A stretch of 64,000 bases of DNA from an uncultured virus (IMG/VR IMGVR_UViG_3300046530_000052) (lineage: Duplodnaviria; Heunggongvirae; Uroviricota; Caudoviricetes): the IMG/VR virus record IMGVR_UViG_3300046530_000052, positions 62,001 through 126,000 of that record. One strand, given 5' to 3'. Each line of letters opens with the position of its first letter. The first letter of the stretch is position 1. The notes under the pieces are model-generated. The model was not told the origin of the DNA, did not search any database, and was given only the letters and a program-made list of their open reading frames with translations. Below are positions 49,055 to 58,805 of the stretch, one piece after another. Made by a program: the position numbers and the translations under genes.

Positions 49055-50062
49055 ATGAGTTCAGGTAACAAGACTCAATTGGCTGTTTGCCTTGAACAGC
49101 ATCTGGAACTGTCGCGGTCTAACGATGAGCTGGGCCGTATCGGTCGTAGTCTCATTGCGGTGGCCGGTACCGAAGACTTCCAGAACGTTAAGGACAATGC
49201 AGTCAGCGCGTTGAACGCTGTAGGACGTGGGCTGTTCGCTGCGGGTAAATGGGTAGGCGGTGGGACACTCGACATCGCCTTGAAAGGGTTCACTGTTGCG
49301 GGTAACCAACTGAGTAAGTCTTTCTCGGAAAACGGTACACTCATTAAGAACGTGCTGAAGGACGTTGCTAAGACGTCGGATAAAGACCTCAAGGTTCCTG
49401 CGGCTAAAGCGTCCCTGATCACAGTCTCGGGTGATGCCAGCCATATCCTTCAAGACATGGAGGTGTTGGCCAAGGCGCTAGAGCTGTGGGTGGCGCACAA
49501 CAAAGACGTAATGAACTTTCTGGATAAGGAACTCATTACTCTGAAGAAGCTGAAGTCTGCCAACAAGGCTGAACAGATCCATGCGATCATCGATGAGTTC
49601 GAAGGGTTGAAGTACCCTGAGTTCAAGTTGGGGAACAACATGGGTAAAGCTGTTAAGTCGGACGTGCTTCCGGGTGGCCGTGTCTTTATCTTCTCTGATG
49701 AGGGCACCCCGAAGTACTCTATGGGTGGCGATGCTCCTTCTGGTGAGGCCAAAACCTTGATGATGTCGAAGAGTGAAATCTCCGATGTCATGAACAAATT
49801 GGATAAGGTTAACGAACTCCATTTGAAGGTTAAGGAATCCTATGACGGTTACACGGCTTTCATCAAGTCGTGGGCTGATATGGTCAAGGGTGTCGATGGC
49901 AACCTGAGCCAGTTGGACAAGGTCAGCAAAACGATCCTTGGTGAATGCGAGAAACTCATGAGCGGCAATCAAGGCGCACTCGCATTTTATAGCGGATTCA
50001 CTCCACGTGTTGTCGGCTATGTCGACAAGTACATTCATGGTGTGCTTGGGGTCTTCGCTTAA
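49055..50062 (+). CDS. internal head protein (phiKZ internal-protein-like family)
   Basis: AGTE site; KSDVLPGGRVF motif as recalled for phiKZ internal head paralogs. Confidence 0.7.
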   Translation: MSSGNKTQLAVCLEQHLELSRSNDELGRIGRSLIAVAGTEDFQNVKDNAVSALNAVGRGLFAAGKWVGGGTLDIALKGFTVAGNQLSKSFSENGTLIKNVLKDVAKTSDKDLKVPAAKASLITVSGDASHILQDMEVLAKALELWVAHNKDVMNFLDKELITLKKLKSANKAEQIHAIIDEFEGLKYPEFKLGNNMGKAVKSDVLPGGRVFIFSDEGTPKYSMGGDAPSGEAKTLMMSKSEISDVMNKLDKVNELHLKVKESYDGYTAFIKSWADMVKGVDGNLSQLDKVSKTILGECEKLMSGNQGALAFYSGFTPRVVGYVDKYIHGVLGVFA

Positions 50063-50109
50063 TTGTTTATAAACAACCCTCTCTTTCGTTAACGAAAAGG
50101 ATACACGAA

Positions 50110-51444
50110 ATGTCGAAATCCCATCTTGACTACCTGATGATGGTATCTGGTACTGAAAGCCTGAACGGTGGCGACACTGGCGGCGAGAACATCGATACCG
50201 GCGCTGGCAACCTGGGCGGCGGTAACACCGACACCAGCAACATCGAAGCCGTCATCGAAGAAGCACGCGCCGATACCGCCGAAGCTCAGGTTGTTGTTGA
50301 GCAAGCGGCACAAGCAGCTGAAGCTGCTGCTGAAGTCCTGGAACAACACGAAGAAGTTCTGCAAGAACTGACCGAAGAAGTGGCCGGCGTTGAATCGATG
50401 CGCACTGGCGCTACCACCTTCAACGGCATCGCGTTCGCCGATCGCTACAACCGCTGCGTTAAGCTGAACGCCCAACTGGGTGGCCGCAACTTCAACCTGT
50501 GCGGCGCTGAATCCCTGAACGACCTGGCCACTGCCAAGCTGTTCGCTGTTGCTGGTGTCGAAGGCTTCATGGACACCATCAAGGCCGGCGCAAGCAAGGC
50601 GATCGAGTTCATCAAGGGCATCTTCAACTCCATGATCAACTTCTTCGTTGGTCTGAAGTCCACCGCCGACGGCCTGGAGCGTCAAGCCAAAACCCTCGCG
50701 ACCACCATCGCCGAGAAAGCGCCGAAGTCGACCATTAAACTGGGCGCCTGGAACATCGGTTGCGACTACGCCAACGCTGGCCTGAAAGGCATCGACGGCA
50801 TCCTGCACGCCGGTGTGTTCGACCTGATCTCCAGCTCCCTGCCAGCCTTCATGGACCTGAGCAAGAAACTGGACGGCATCGACGTAGGTCAGTTCCGCAC
50901 TGCCTACAAGAAAGTGACCGACGACATCAAGGAACTGGCCAAGGCTGCTGGTAAGCCAAACGTCAGCCAGACTGCCGACAAGACTTCGGTCCTGATGGTT
51001 CACGCTGGCTTCCGCGTCTTCGCTGCTTTCAGCGAGAAGTTCGAAACCGAAGCTGAAGCTGTTTCCGCTGCTCGTTCGATCAAACTGACCTTCGGCAAAA
51101 CCGACGACGCCGGCAAGTTCACCAAGGGCGAAACCGAGCTCAAGGCAAGCAAGGGTCAGCTGCAAAGCACTCTGAAAGGCGTGCACGATTACGTGGCCGA
51201 GCTGCGCGACAGCAAAGTTGCTGCCAAGTTCTCGAAAGCTGAACGTGACCGCGTCATCGGCACCCTGAACGTCCAGATCAAAGGCGACCACAGCGAAAGC
51301 GACGGCAAGCGTGATCAGGCGAAGAAAGCAATCGAGCTGTGCAAAGCGATCTACGTGTCGGCCTCTGGTCTGACTTCGTCCGTCGACCGCCTGTACATCT
51401 ACCTGGCCAACCAGATCCTGGGCGCTGTTAAAGCTCACTTCTGA
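50110..51444 (+). CDS. abundant internal head protein (phiKZ gp93-97-like family)
   Basis: Four G-x-E sites (SGTE, AGVE, CGAE, AGVE), acidic propeptide, strong codon bias, own terminator. Confidence 0.75.
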   Translation: MSKSHLDYLMMVSGTESLNGGDTGGENIDTGAGNLGGGNTDTSNIEAVIEEARADTAEAQVVVEQAAQAAEAAAEVLEQHEEVLQELTEEVAGVESMRTGATTFNGIAFADRYNRCVKLNAQLGGRNFNLCGAESLNDLATAKLFAVAGVEGFMDTIKAGASKAIEFIKGIFNSMINFFVGLKSTADGLERQAKTLATTIAEKAPKSTIKLGAWNIGCDYANAGLKGIDGILHAGVFDLISSSLPAFMDLSKKLDGIDVGQFRTAYKKVTDDIKELAKAAGKPNVSQTADKTSVLMVHAGFRVFAAFSEKFETEAEAVSAARSIKLTFGKTDDAGKFTKGETELKASKGQLQSTLKGVHDYVAELRDSKVAAKFSKAERDRVIGTLNVQIKGDHSESDGKRDQAKKAIELCKAIYVSASGLTSSVDRLYIYLANQILGAVKAHF

Positions 51445-51464
51445 TTGCCATCGGTGCGTTGAAC

Positions 51465-51512
51465 CTAACCCGCCTGCCCTAACCGGCAGGCGGGTTAGTC
51501 TTCTTTCTATTT
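51465..51512 (+). terminator. rho-independent terminator
   Basis: CTAACCCGCCTGCC-loop-GGCAGGCGGGTTAG followed by a T-rich tail. Confidence 0.8.
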
Positions 51513-51560
51513 GCATTTTGATGCTATGTGCTAATTATCCACTCGATAGGTAACTCACAC

Positions 51561-52592
51561 ATGAACGGACAAAGTGTGGCTCCTTTACGGTATATCGTTA
51601 CCCCGACTCTGAAAGATATTTCTGATCAGGACCGGGAAGAATTCGAAGCCGCTGAAGCACAGCCGGTAATGGCAGAACTCTCTGCCGAGAACGATCAGGT
51701 AAGCGGTACTGAAAAGTACTACAACTACATCCTCCACTCGCAAGCTCTGGTTTCCGCTGAGCTGGGTAGTGTCACCGGTGCTGAGGGTCTGCTGGGTTCT
51801 CTGAAGCGCGGTGCTGGTCGGATCATCCAGATTGTTAAGGACTTCTTTAAATGGATCTGGAGTTTCTTCTCCGCCAAAGAAAAGAAGATCGACCACAAGT
51901 TGCAGTACGTTGATTCCCGTCTTCGTGATAAGGGGGTCAAGGCAGGTGAGGTTTATTACCCACAAGCCACTTACTACATTTACCCGAAAACAGGTCCCGG
52001 TAAACCAGCAGGTGACCTAGGTTGGGTGAGTGAGACCAACAAGCGTATTGCCAAAGGCATCACCAATGCCAACAGCTACGCTACTTTGTTGACCGAACAT
52101 TTGAACTTGCTGGAGAAGATGGCTAAAGACCGTAAGCCAGTCAGCGAGATGGTTGCTGCTACCACTGCCTATTCGGGCAAGGTGCGTGCACTGTTCGGTA
52201 CACCCACCAACAAAGATAAGGCGACGTTCATCACTCAGGATGACTTCCGCTTTGGTGCTACCAAGATTGCTTACCACCCAACCAGTAATCGTCGGACTGA
52301 TTTCCATATCAGTACCTTTACGACGACAGTTACGACTGTGGAAGAAATCCGTAAGGATACCGCTGCTAACTTGGCGCTAGTGAAGAAGATGACAGTTGAC
52401 CTGCATAAGCTCGAGAAGGAAATGGTTGATACCTTGACCTTCCTTAAGAACAGCAAGGATCTCGGTAATGGGGTCCACAAGGTCTTCGCGTCTATCATTA
52501 ATAACAGCCTCGATGATATTCGTACTTTCGAGAACGTACTGTATCGAGCGCTTAACACGATCGGCGACCTGTGCAAGGCGGCCGTTAACTAA
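51561..52592 (+). CDS. internal head protein, G-x-E processed
   Basis: SGTE and TGAE sites, then GLLGSLKRGAGRIIQIVKDFFKWIWSFF; basic mature part. Confidence 0.72.
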   Translation: MNGQSVAPLRYIVTPTLKDISDQDREEFEAAEAQPVMAELSAENDQVSGTEKYYNYILHSQALVSAELGSVTGAEGLLGSLKRGAGRIIQIVKDFFKWIWSFFSAKEKKIDHKLQYVDSRLRDKGVKAGEVYYPQATYYIYPKTGPGKPAGDLGWVSETNKRIAKGITNANSYATLLTEHLNLLEKMAKDRKPVSEMVAATTAYSGKVRALFGTPTNKDKATFITQDDFRFGATKIAYHPTSNRRTDFHISTFTTTVTTVEEIRKDTAANLALVKKMTVDLHKLEKEMVDTLTFLKNSKDLGNGVHKVFASIINNSLDDIRTFENVLYRALNTIGDLCKAAVN

Positions 52593-52603
52593 GGAGAAGG
52601 TCT

Positions 52604-53101
52604 ATGCGGCTTAATCTGGTAAACCTTCCCTCGCTTATAGGGGCAGGGCTTTCTACTATCGCATGTGAGAGCTTTAACCCCAAGTTTGGTAACAAGGTAG
52701 CTATTAACGAAGATCTCTTCAAATACGTGCTTCCAGGCCCTCCTAAAGAGGTGTTTGTGTTTGAACGGGTTTCTTTGAACGAACTGTTCGAGGGTAATCC
52801 TCAGTCCATCGTTGGGATTGTTCGTCGTGACTGGTCGGAGCCTACCCCTTTTGAGATCATTAATTTCCTGGGTACTCCGCTTACCACTCAGGAAGGTCCG
52901 GTAGAAGCACTGGATCCAGAAGACGAAAGCGCTGACCTCGTAACCAAGCAGTTCAACCTGTGGGTTCAGTACATCGGTCTGGGTGGGTTGTACCGCGCTG
53001 ACGTTGACCTGACCACCACTGAAGGCTGGTTGCACGTGGACGCTCGCCGCTCCGCTGTCTTCAAAGGTAGCGTCTCTATTAAAGTCCAGGAGGTAGAATG
53101 A
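52604..53101 (+). CDS. virion structural protein (small beta-domain)
   Basis: 165 aa; C-terminal VDARRSAVFKGSVSIKV resembles IDVPSSSYMWQGAVTLTV in 54504..55208. Confidence 0.6.
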   Translation: MRLNLVNLPSLIGAGLSTIACESFNPKFGNKVAINEDLFKYVLPGPPKEVFVFERVSLNELFEGNPQSIVGIVRRDWSEPTPFEIINFLGTPLTTQEGPVEALDPEDESADLVTKQFNLWVQYIGLGGLYRADVDLTTTEGWLHVDARRSAVFKGSVSIKVQEVE

Positions 53102-54507
53102 ATCCTTATCAGAAGTTAGGTCTTCTCGGGATGCTGGCTAACAGCCTCGGGAAAACAACATTCAGCGAGGAAGATAACCCCCGGTTCTTGCAATACTTGA
53201 GGTTGCATGGGATCGGAGCGATTACTCGCGAGAATTTGTCGACCCAGTTGAACCACATCGTTGGTGTTGTCTGCCGTCATTTCGATTACTACGATTCATC
53301 GGAGATGGGTGTCAATAAGTCCCTCAACGATTTCTTGTGCGAATTGGCAGAGCGTATCGAGAACGGCGATTACACCCCCCCTCGTGATGTGTCGATGATC
53401 ATCATCTCTCTGGGGAATAAGCCCGGTACTGCCAATAATCAGGATGGTGTTGAAAACCTGATTGCGATGGCGAAACGCATTTTGGACCCGTACGAGGCGC
53501 TGGACGGCGATGAGCTTCCTGAACAGATCGATGAAATCTATCAGGCAGACTCTCGTCGACTGGAATACCTCGACCGCATCCTGTCTCTGGTAGACGTCTT
53601 CACCACTGCTCGCTTCGGCATGCTGGCTGGTATCGAGGAATACGCCCCGCTGGACTACAACACTGTACACCCGCTGGAAACCTTTGACATCGGTGGCTTT
53701 GAATGCGCCTCTAACGAAGGTTGCAAGTGCGGCTGTGCTGCGGATCACTCGCTGACAATGCTGCAAGGTATTGAAGACTACTTGGCTGAGAAAACCACTA
53801 CCCCGGACTATTACTACTTCGAAGGTGTGACTCGGGCTAACGGTCTGGAGATGGATAACATCTCTGGGAGTGAAGGTCCTGTCTTCGACGCAGTTAAGAA
53901 CCTGGGTAAGGTGGCTTACAAAGCTGCGATGGAAACGTGGGAAAACGTCAAGGCCTTGTTTGACGAAAGCGAAGAAGATGCTGACGATAATGTCACCAAC
54001 GACGCTGACGATAACAAGAAGGCTATTCAGTCAATGGGTAGTGCTGATGGCGCGAAGATCAACGACAATGCCAAGACTGGTATTATCGCGATGGCAAAGA
54101 AGATCGACGTGTCCGGTGCTATGGAGAAAATTGTTGCACGTTTGGAGGGTCCTTCCAGTGCGGGTGGTGTTATTGATGGCTTGCTTGGTCTGCTGGGTTC
54201 CAACAGTGCTCTGACCAAAGATATCGACAGTGAAAAGAAAGCAGCTGAGGACGCTCTGGCGGACCTGAAGAAGGCTTCTGAAAGCGTGAGTGGTGACGAC
54301 AGCAATAAAGACGCTGCCGCTGCTGCTAAGGCTGCTGTACAGGACAAGATCTCCAAGGCCAAAGACGCTGTTGCTTCGGTCAAGAAGAAAGCTCAGGACC
54401 ACAACAAGGTGACTAAGGGGATCCGTAAAGCTATTCGCGGCATTACTCCTCACATCTTTATCAGCGTCGGTCCTAAGAAAGACAAAGAGAAGGATGATGA
54501 CAAATGA
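53098..54507 (+). CDS. virion head protein with multiple G-x-E sites and a Cys cluster
   Basis: AGIE, GGFE, QGIE, NGLE and SGSE sites; CASNEGCKCGC; A/K/D-rich helical C-terminal half. Confidence 0.68.
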   Translation: MNPYQKLGLLGMLANSLGKTTFSEEDNPRFLQYLRLHGIGAITRENLSTQLNHIVGVVCRHFDYYDSSEMGVNKSLNDFLCELAERIENGDYTPPRDVSMIIISLGNKPGTANNQDGVENLIAMAKRILDPYEALDGDELPEQIDEIYQADSRRLEYLDRILSLVDVFTTARFGMLAGIEEYAPLDYNTVHPLETFDIGGFECASNEGCKCGCAADHSLTMLQGIEDYLAEKTTTPDYYYFEGVTRANGLEMDNISGSEGPVFDAVKNLGKVAYKAAMETWENVKALFDESEEDADDNVTNDADDNKKAIQSMGSADGAKINDNAKTGIIAMAKKIDVSGAMEKIVARLEGPSSAGGVIDGLLGLLGSNSALTKDIDSEKKAAEDALADLKKASESVSGDDSNKDAAAAAKAAVQDKISKAKDAVASVKKKAQDHNKVTKGIRKAIRGITPHIFISVGPKKDKEKDDDK

Positions 54508-55208
54508 ACACACTACATCCGGCGTTGGTTAAGAACTTCCTTAACCAGATCCCAGACGCTACCAGCATTCTGGGAATCGAACAAGGTGAACCCGGTACGT
54601 TTGTAATCCTCGCGGAGATCAACGGTAAGGAAGAACGGCTGGACGTTCCTAAGAGCGAGCTGAGTGCTCGTTTGAAGAGCACCCATCTGAACATCCGCGC
54701 TAAGTCCGGTTCTACCTTCACAGAGGTCTTGCAACGCCTCAGTGACGACTACGGGTTGTATTGGGTTAAGGGGGTTGACTTTGTTGCTAACGACACCCCC
54801 GCCAAAGGAACCATCCTGATCGACGTCCCGTCGAGTAGCTACATGTGGCAAGGCGCTGTGACCCTGACTGTCTTCTCTACTGAAGATCGTTGCAAGGATC
54901 CGATCCGTATCCCACTGAACCCTGCTCGTACCGCACTGCTGCTGGCTCAGAAGATCTTCCACGTCGAAGCTGGTGTAGTGACGGCCAAAGGGAATCTTAC
55001 ACAGAAAGTGGCGGAACAGATCATTGCTTACTTGCAAGAGCAGCGCGATGAAACCTACGCCTTGAAAGACTTGTCCGGGACCAAGGTTCTCCGTACGTTC
55101 GCTGATACGTTCAGTAGCGTCGCGGTTCTGGAAGTCAAAGGCAAGGGCAACGTCTTTATTCGATTCGATTCCGAAAAGGATAACGTTGTTCCACCGACCA
55201 ACCGTTAG
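54504..55208 (+). CDS. virion structural protein
   Basis: 234 aa, ATGA-coupled; shares a motif with 52604..53101. Confidence 0.65.
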   Translation: MNTLHPALVKNFLNQIPDATSILGIEQGEPGTFVILAEINGKEERLDVPKSELSARLKSTHLNIRAKSGSTFTEVLQRLSDDYGLYWVKGVDFVANDTPAKGTILIDVPSSSYMWQGAVTLTVFSTEDRCKDPIRIPLNPARTALLLAQKIFHVEAGVVTAKGNLTQKVAEQIIAYLQEQRDETYALKDLSGTKVLRTFADTFSSVAVLEVKGKGNVFIRFDSEKDNVVPPTNR

Positions 55209-55214
55209 CCATAC

Positions 55215-55248
55215 CCAACGGTGGAGGTATCCCCTCCACCGTTGGTTT
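55215..55248 (+). terminator. intergenic hairpin / weak terminator
   Basis: CCAACGGTGGAGG-TATCC-CCTCCACCGTTGG-TTT. Confidence 0.65.
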
Positions 55249-55259
55249 AAGGAGTTGAG

Positions 55260-56762
55260 ATGTCCACTCTGAACACGACTGTTCTGGCTGAAGAGAACTA
55301 TGACAGTTTTCTACGCCCAGCTATTTACGATTCCATTATTGCTGTTTTGGATTTCTATGGGTTACGTTCTGCAACAAACATTTATTACAACGGTGGTAAT
55401 GACGTTGTTAAGTTGATTGGTAACGCCCAGTCCGATGGACCGCAGGCTGATCACTTCACCGACGGTACTTTCCGTAACAAGATCTTTATCGAGGCAGAAG
55501 TCGAGGACAGTGAGTTCTGGGATCTGCGTCGTGACATGGTTGAACGTCCTGTATTCCTGAACAAGGAACTCCCGTTGATCATTTGTCCTTCGTTTGAGGG
55601 GAAACAGATCCGGGTAAAGGTAGTGTCTCGTTTTAACACCGAGTCTCAGGCTAAAGCTTTCGTAAGCAAGATCAACCGTCAGCGTAAGAACCAAGTGGTG
55701 GACTTCAATTTCACCCCTACAGTCTCCATGCTGTTCAACAAAGGCTTGGTGCGGTTTGTAGACATCCTCCACACCATGCTGAAACAGAACGAGCCTGCCC
55801 TGCCAGAGTTCCAAGAGTGGTTCGGTAAGTACGCTCAGTTCAACTTCCACGAGGTTACCAACATCGCCGGTAATCTTCCGCAGATCGTGGTTCCGCTTAA
55901 GCCTAACAACATTGGGATCTCCTTTACTGACCCCTTTGTTGCCAAAGCACGGAAAGGTAGTGTCTACGCTCAGTTCGAAGTTGAGTTCAGTTACACCTTC
56001 TACTTCAACTCGTTTTTGGGTTGGGAAGTTGAGTACCCGCTGAACGTTTATCAGGAACAGATTCCGGAAGAGTACATCCCTCGTCCTCAACCGGGGTTCA
56101 CTGAGAACAAAGGGGTGGCGTCAGGTCCTGAAGTTACATCGGGTCGAGAGATCAACCCGCCCATTGACTTCATTCAGAGCCCTTACTTCCTGAAGCTGCC
56201 TGCTCACGATCCTTGGACTACTCCTTATGAGTGGTGGATCCAGCCAGTGGTACAAGCTCAGCTGAAGCTGGTGGATGCAGATGAACAGGTGATCGGAAAT
56301 ATCTTTGAGCTACCTGAATTCAAGTGGCGTCCTAAAGCAGTGGAGTATATCAAGCGTCGTCATGCTTATGCTTTCCTGCACCACGAGACTCCGTTCCTGT
56401 TCAGACTGTTTGCAGGCACTCGGATTGTTCCCCCTAAGGACGTCCGTATGGATCCTGACGGGACTGTGGTTCTATTGACCAAGCCTAACCTCAAGCAGAC
56501 CTACCATTTGGTAGCATGCATTGACTACGCCATCCGTGACTACAGTAAACAGCTCTGGGAAGACGTGGGTTGGGATGACGATGGTTACTGGGGAATCATC
56601 CGTACGGTTTTCGGTTGGGTGGACTTTAACAAGTTCCCTAGGCCGTGGGTGCATAACGTTCAAACTATTCTTGACAACATTGATTTGGGTCACGGTCGTG
56701 TCACTCATCAGTTTAACGTCTATCAAGGGCTCTTCGGCATTGTGGCCCATAACGCAGGATAA
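55260..56762 (+). CDS. virion structural protein, neck/tail-joining (phiKZ gp98-like by synteny)
   Basis: 500 aa, AAGGAG RBS, conserved position before the gp99-101-like genes. Confidence 0.6.
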   Translation: MSTLNTTVLAEENYDSFLRPAIYDSIIAVLDFYGLRSATNIYYNGGNDVVKLIGNAQSDGPQADHFTDGTFRNKIFIEAEVEDSEFWDLRRDMVERPVFLNKELPLIICPSFEGKQIRVKVVSRFNTESQAKAFVSKINRQRKNQVVDFNFTPTVSMLFNKGLVRFVDILHTMLKQNEPALPEFQEWFGKYAQFNFHEVTNIAGNLPQIVVPLKPNNIGISFTDPFVAKARKGSVYAQFEVEFSYTFYFNSFLGWEVEYPLNVYQEQIPEEYIPRPQPGFTENKGVASGPEVTSGREINPPIDFIQSPYFLKLPAHDPWTTPYEWWIQPVVQAQLKLVDADEQVIGNIFELPEFKWRPKAVEYIKRRHAYAFLHHETPFLFRLFAGTRIVPPKDVRMDPDGTVVLLTKPNLKQTYHLVACIDYAIRDYSKQLWEDVGWDDDGYWGIIRTVFGWVDFNKFPRPWVHNVQTILDNIDLGHGRVTHQFNVYQGLFGIVAHNAG

Positions 56763-56767
56763 CGATT

Positions 56768-58072
56768 ATGAGTTGGTCTATTAAGCCGTTAGGCGATGCA
56801 GTTCAGCCGGAACCAGAAGCACCCAGAATTACCAGTGAGAACTACCGTCACTCCATTGTTGAAAGTACCTACCAGCCTGAACGAGTTATCCTGTCTCAAG
56901 ACACCGGTACTCCTCGAATCTGTCTGTACTACCATCAGTGGCTGGGTCGTGATGAAGAACCTAAACCTTTCACTCTGGAAGGCGTCGGTACTTACCAGTC
57001 CTACGAACGTATTGAAAAACTCCCACTATTGCTGGATGACGGTAATGGCTCGTTCAGTTTCAACCCTCAAACAGCTGAGGCTGAAAAGAAGTACGTAGCC
57101 CGAGTAGTCTTTGACCGAGTCCCGACTATCCACGACGTTTTCGTTATGGACATCGCTGATGGTAACGCCGGGTTGTTTGCGATCACTGATCAACCAGAGT
57201 TCCGTGAAGTCACTGCCAACAAGAAGTATGAGTTCCAGTTTACTTTCCTGGGGATCATGACTGAGCAGCACGACGTTATTCTGGAATCCCGTGTTGTGCG
57301 TCGTCAGGTCTACTATCGTGACTCCGCCTTGAACGGCGGTCGTACTCTGATCAGCGGTACCCTGGAGCAGACCGCTAAGGAACTGTTCGGTTGGAAGACG
57401 ACTATTGCCCAGTACATCATGTCCGAGTTCTACTGGAACCCTGAGAACACCATCGTGTTCGACCGACCGGGCACACCCCCAGGTAAAACGGAAAAGATCT
57501 ACGATCCGTACCTGGTGAACTTCCTGACCGCAGTGATCACTCCAGATATGCGTGGTCGTTATCCGTTCATCAACCAGTTCTCCCTGCAATACGGTGGATT
57601 GGAAGATGCTCGTTATGGACCGATCAACATCTGGACCTTCCTGTTGCGTCATGACATGAACGTTCTACCGTTGTGTAACCGCAAGGCCAAGGTGATCGAC
57701 GTTAACCGGGTAGAAGCCACCCGCTTATACGGCAACCTGCGTTCCAGCCGTATTCGTCACTTCATCACCACGAACCCTGAAGACTTCAAGAAGTACTCTG
57801 CCTACATCAACGTGGACGGTTACCCTATCCTGAAGCCTAGTCCGGAATATGACATCTCGTACATGTTCTCCGAAGGGTTCTACACTGGCCATCCAACAGG
57901 TGAGTTCGAGGAAATCGTGTACTCATCTTACCGTGACCAAATGATCGACCACGAGCGACTGCTGAAGTACGTCAAAGACTATTTCAAGTTGACTCCAATG
58001 GAACGGTTGTATCACGGTGCTATCTTGATTCGTTTGATTGACCTCTCTCGGAAAATCCAAGGACCCCTCTAA
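56768..58072 (+). CDS. virion structural protein, neck (phiKZ gp99-like by synteny)
   Basis: 434 aa; P...DVFVMDIADG..GLF.IT pattern like head-completion proteins. Confidence 0.6.
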   Translation: MSWSIKPLGDAVQPEPEAPRITSENYRHSIVESTYQPERVILSQDTGTPRICLYYHQWLGRDEEPKPFTLEGVGTYQSYERIEKLPLLLDDGNGSFSFNPQTAEAEKKYVARVVFDRVPTIHDVFVMDIADGNAGLFAITDQPEFREVTANKKYEFQFTFLGIMTEQHDVILESRVVRRQVYYRDSALNGGRTLISGTLEQTAKELFGWKTTIAQYIMSEFYWNPENTIVFDRPGTPPGKTEKIYDPYLVNFLTAVITPDMRGRYPFINQFSLQYGGLEDARYGPINIWTFLLRHDMNVLPLCNRKAKVIDVNRVEATRLYGNLRSSRIRHFITTNPEDFKKYSAYINVDGYPILKPSPEYDISYMFSEGFYTGHPTGEFEEIVYSSYRDQMIDHERLLKYVKDYFKLTPMERLYHGAILIRLIDLSRKIQGPL

Positions 58073-58800
58073 TGTTAACCCTCAGTCGGTATAACCAAAT
58101 ACGGGAAGAGATCTTCAGGCTATACAACATCTTGAATAACCGGCTCTATCCCGTGCGGGTTACACCGGTCATGATGATGACAGTAGAAGAACTCCGTAAC
58201 CGTGAAACGTTTACTCGGGATGAAACGATTGCTGACCCCACTCGGTACGAGGACTATCAAGAGATCCGGATGGAGTGTCACCGGATGATCGAGATCCTCC
58301 CCAACCTTGTTAAGGAACGGGATCTGGGTTTCGCTAATCCGAATGACCACATCGTGGAGATCTTTGAATCAGCTCAGAACTATCTGCGCTTGTGGGTGGA
58401 GCTGGTAACCAACGCTACTGAGTTCCGTCCTCCTCCTTTGGATGAGCTGCGGGCTATCGAAAGCTTGGCTTACTGTCTCTACCCCGAGTACAAGAAGATC
58501 AAGCAGTACTTGCTGGTCAGGGATTCCTACAAGACCAAGGAAGAGCAAGCCCAACACGTGGAAGATGGCTTCATGAGTCTGGCGGCTCTGTTCGGGATGA
58601 CCTCTCACGACATGGCTAAGAAGGACAGTCTTGCGTTCATCAGTCACTTGGAAGACTTGGGGATTGATACGGGGCGTTCTACGGTCTCTCAGGAGGACTA
58701 TGACGTGCTGCAAAGCATCACTCCTGTAAACACTATCAATGACGGACTATTCTCCCCGGAAGTGTCTTCAGAACTCCCTAACTGGACGTTTAACAGGTAA
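58072..58800 (+). CDS. conserved hypothetical protein (phiKZ gp100-like by synteny)
   Basis: 242 aa, TAATG-coupled. Confidence 0.65.
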   Translation: MLTLSRYNQIREEIFRLYNILNNRLYPVRVTPVMMMTVEELRNRETFTRDETIADPTRYEDYQEIRMECHRMIEILPNLVKERDLGFANPNDHIVEIFESAQNYLRLWVELVTNATEFRPPPLDELRAIESLAYCLYPEYKKIKQYLLVRDSYKTKEEQAQHVEDGFMSLAALFGMTSHDMAKKDSLAFISHLEDLGIDTGRSTVSQEDYDVLQSITPVNTINDGLFSPEVSSELPNWTFNR

Positions 58801-58805
58801 CCCCT

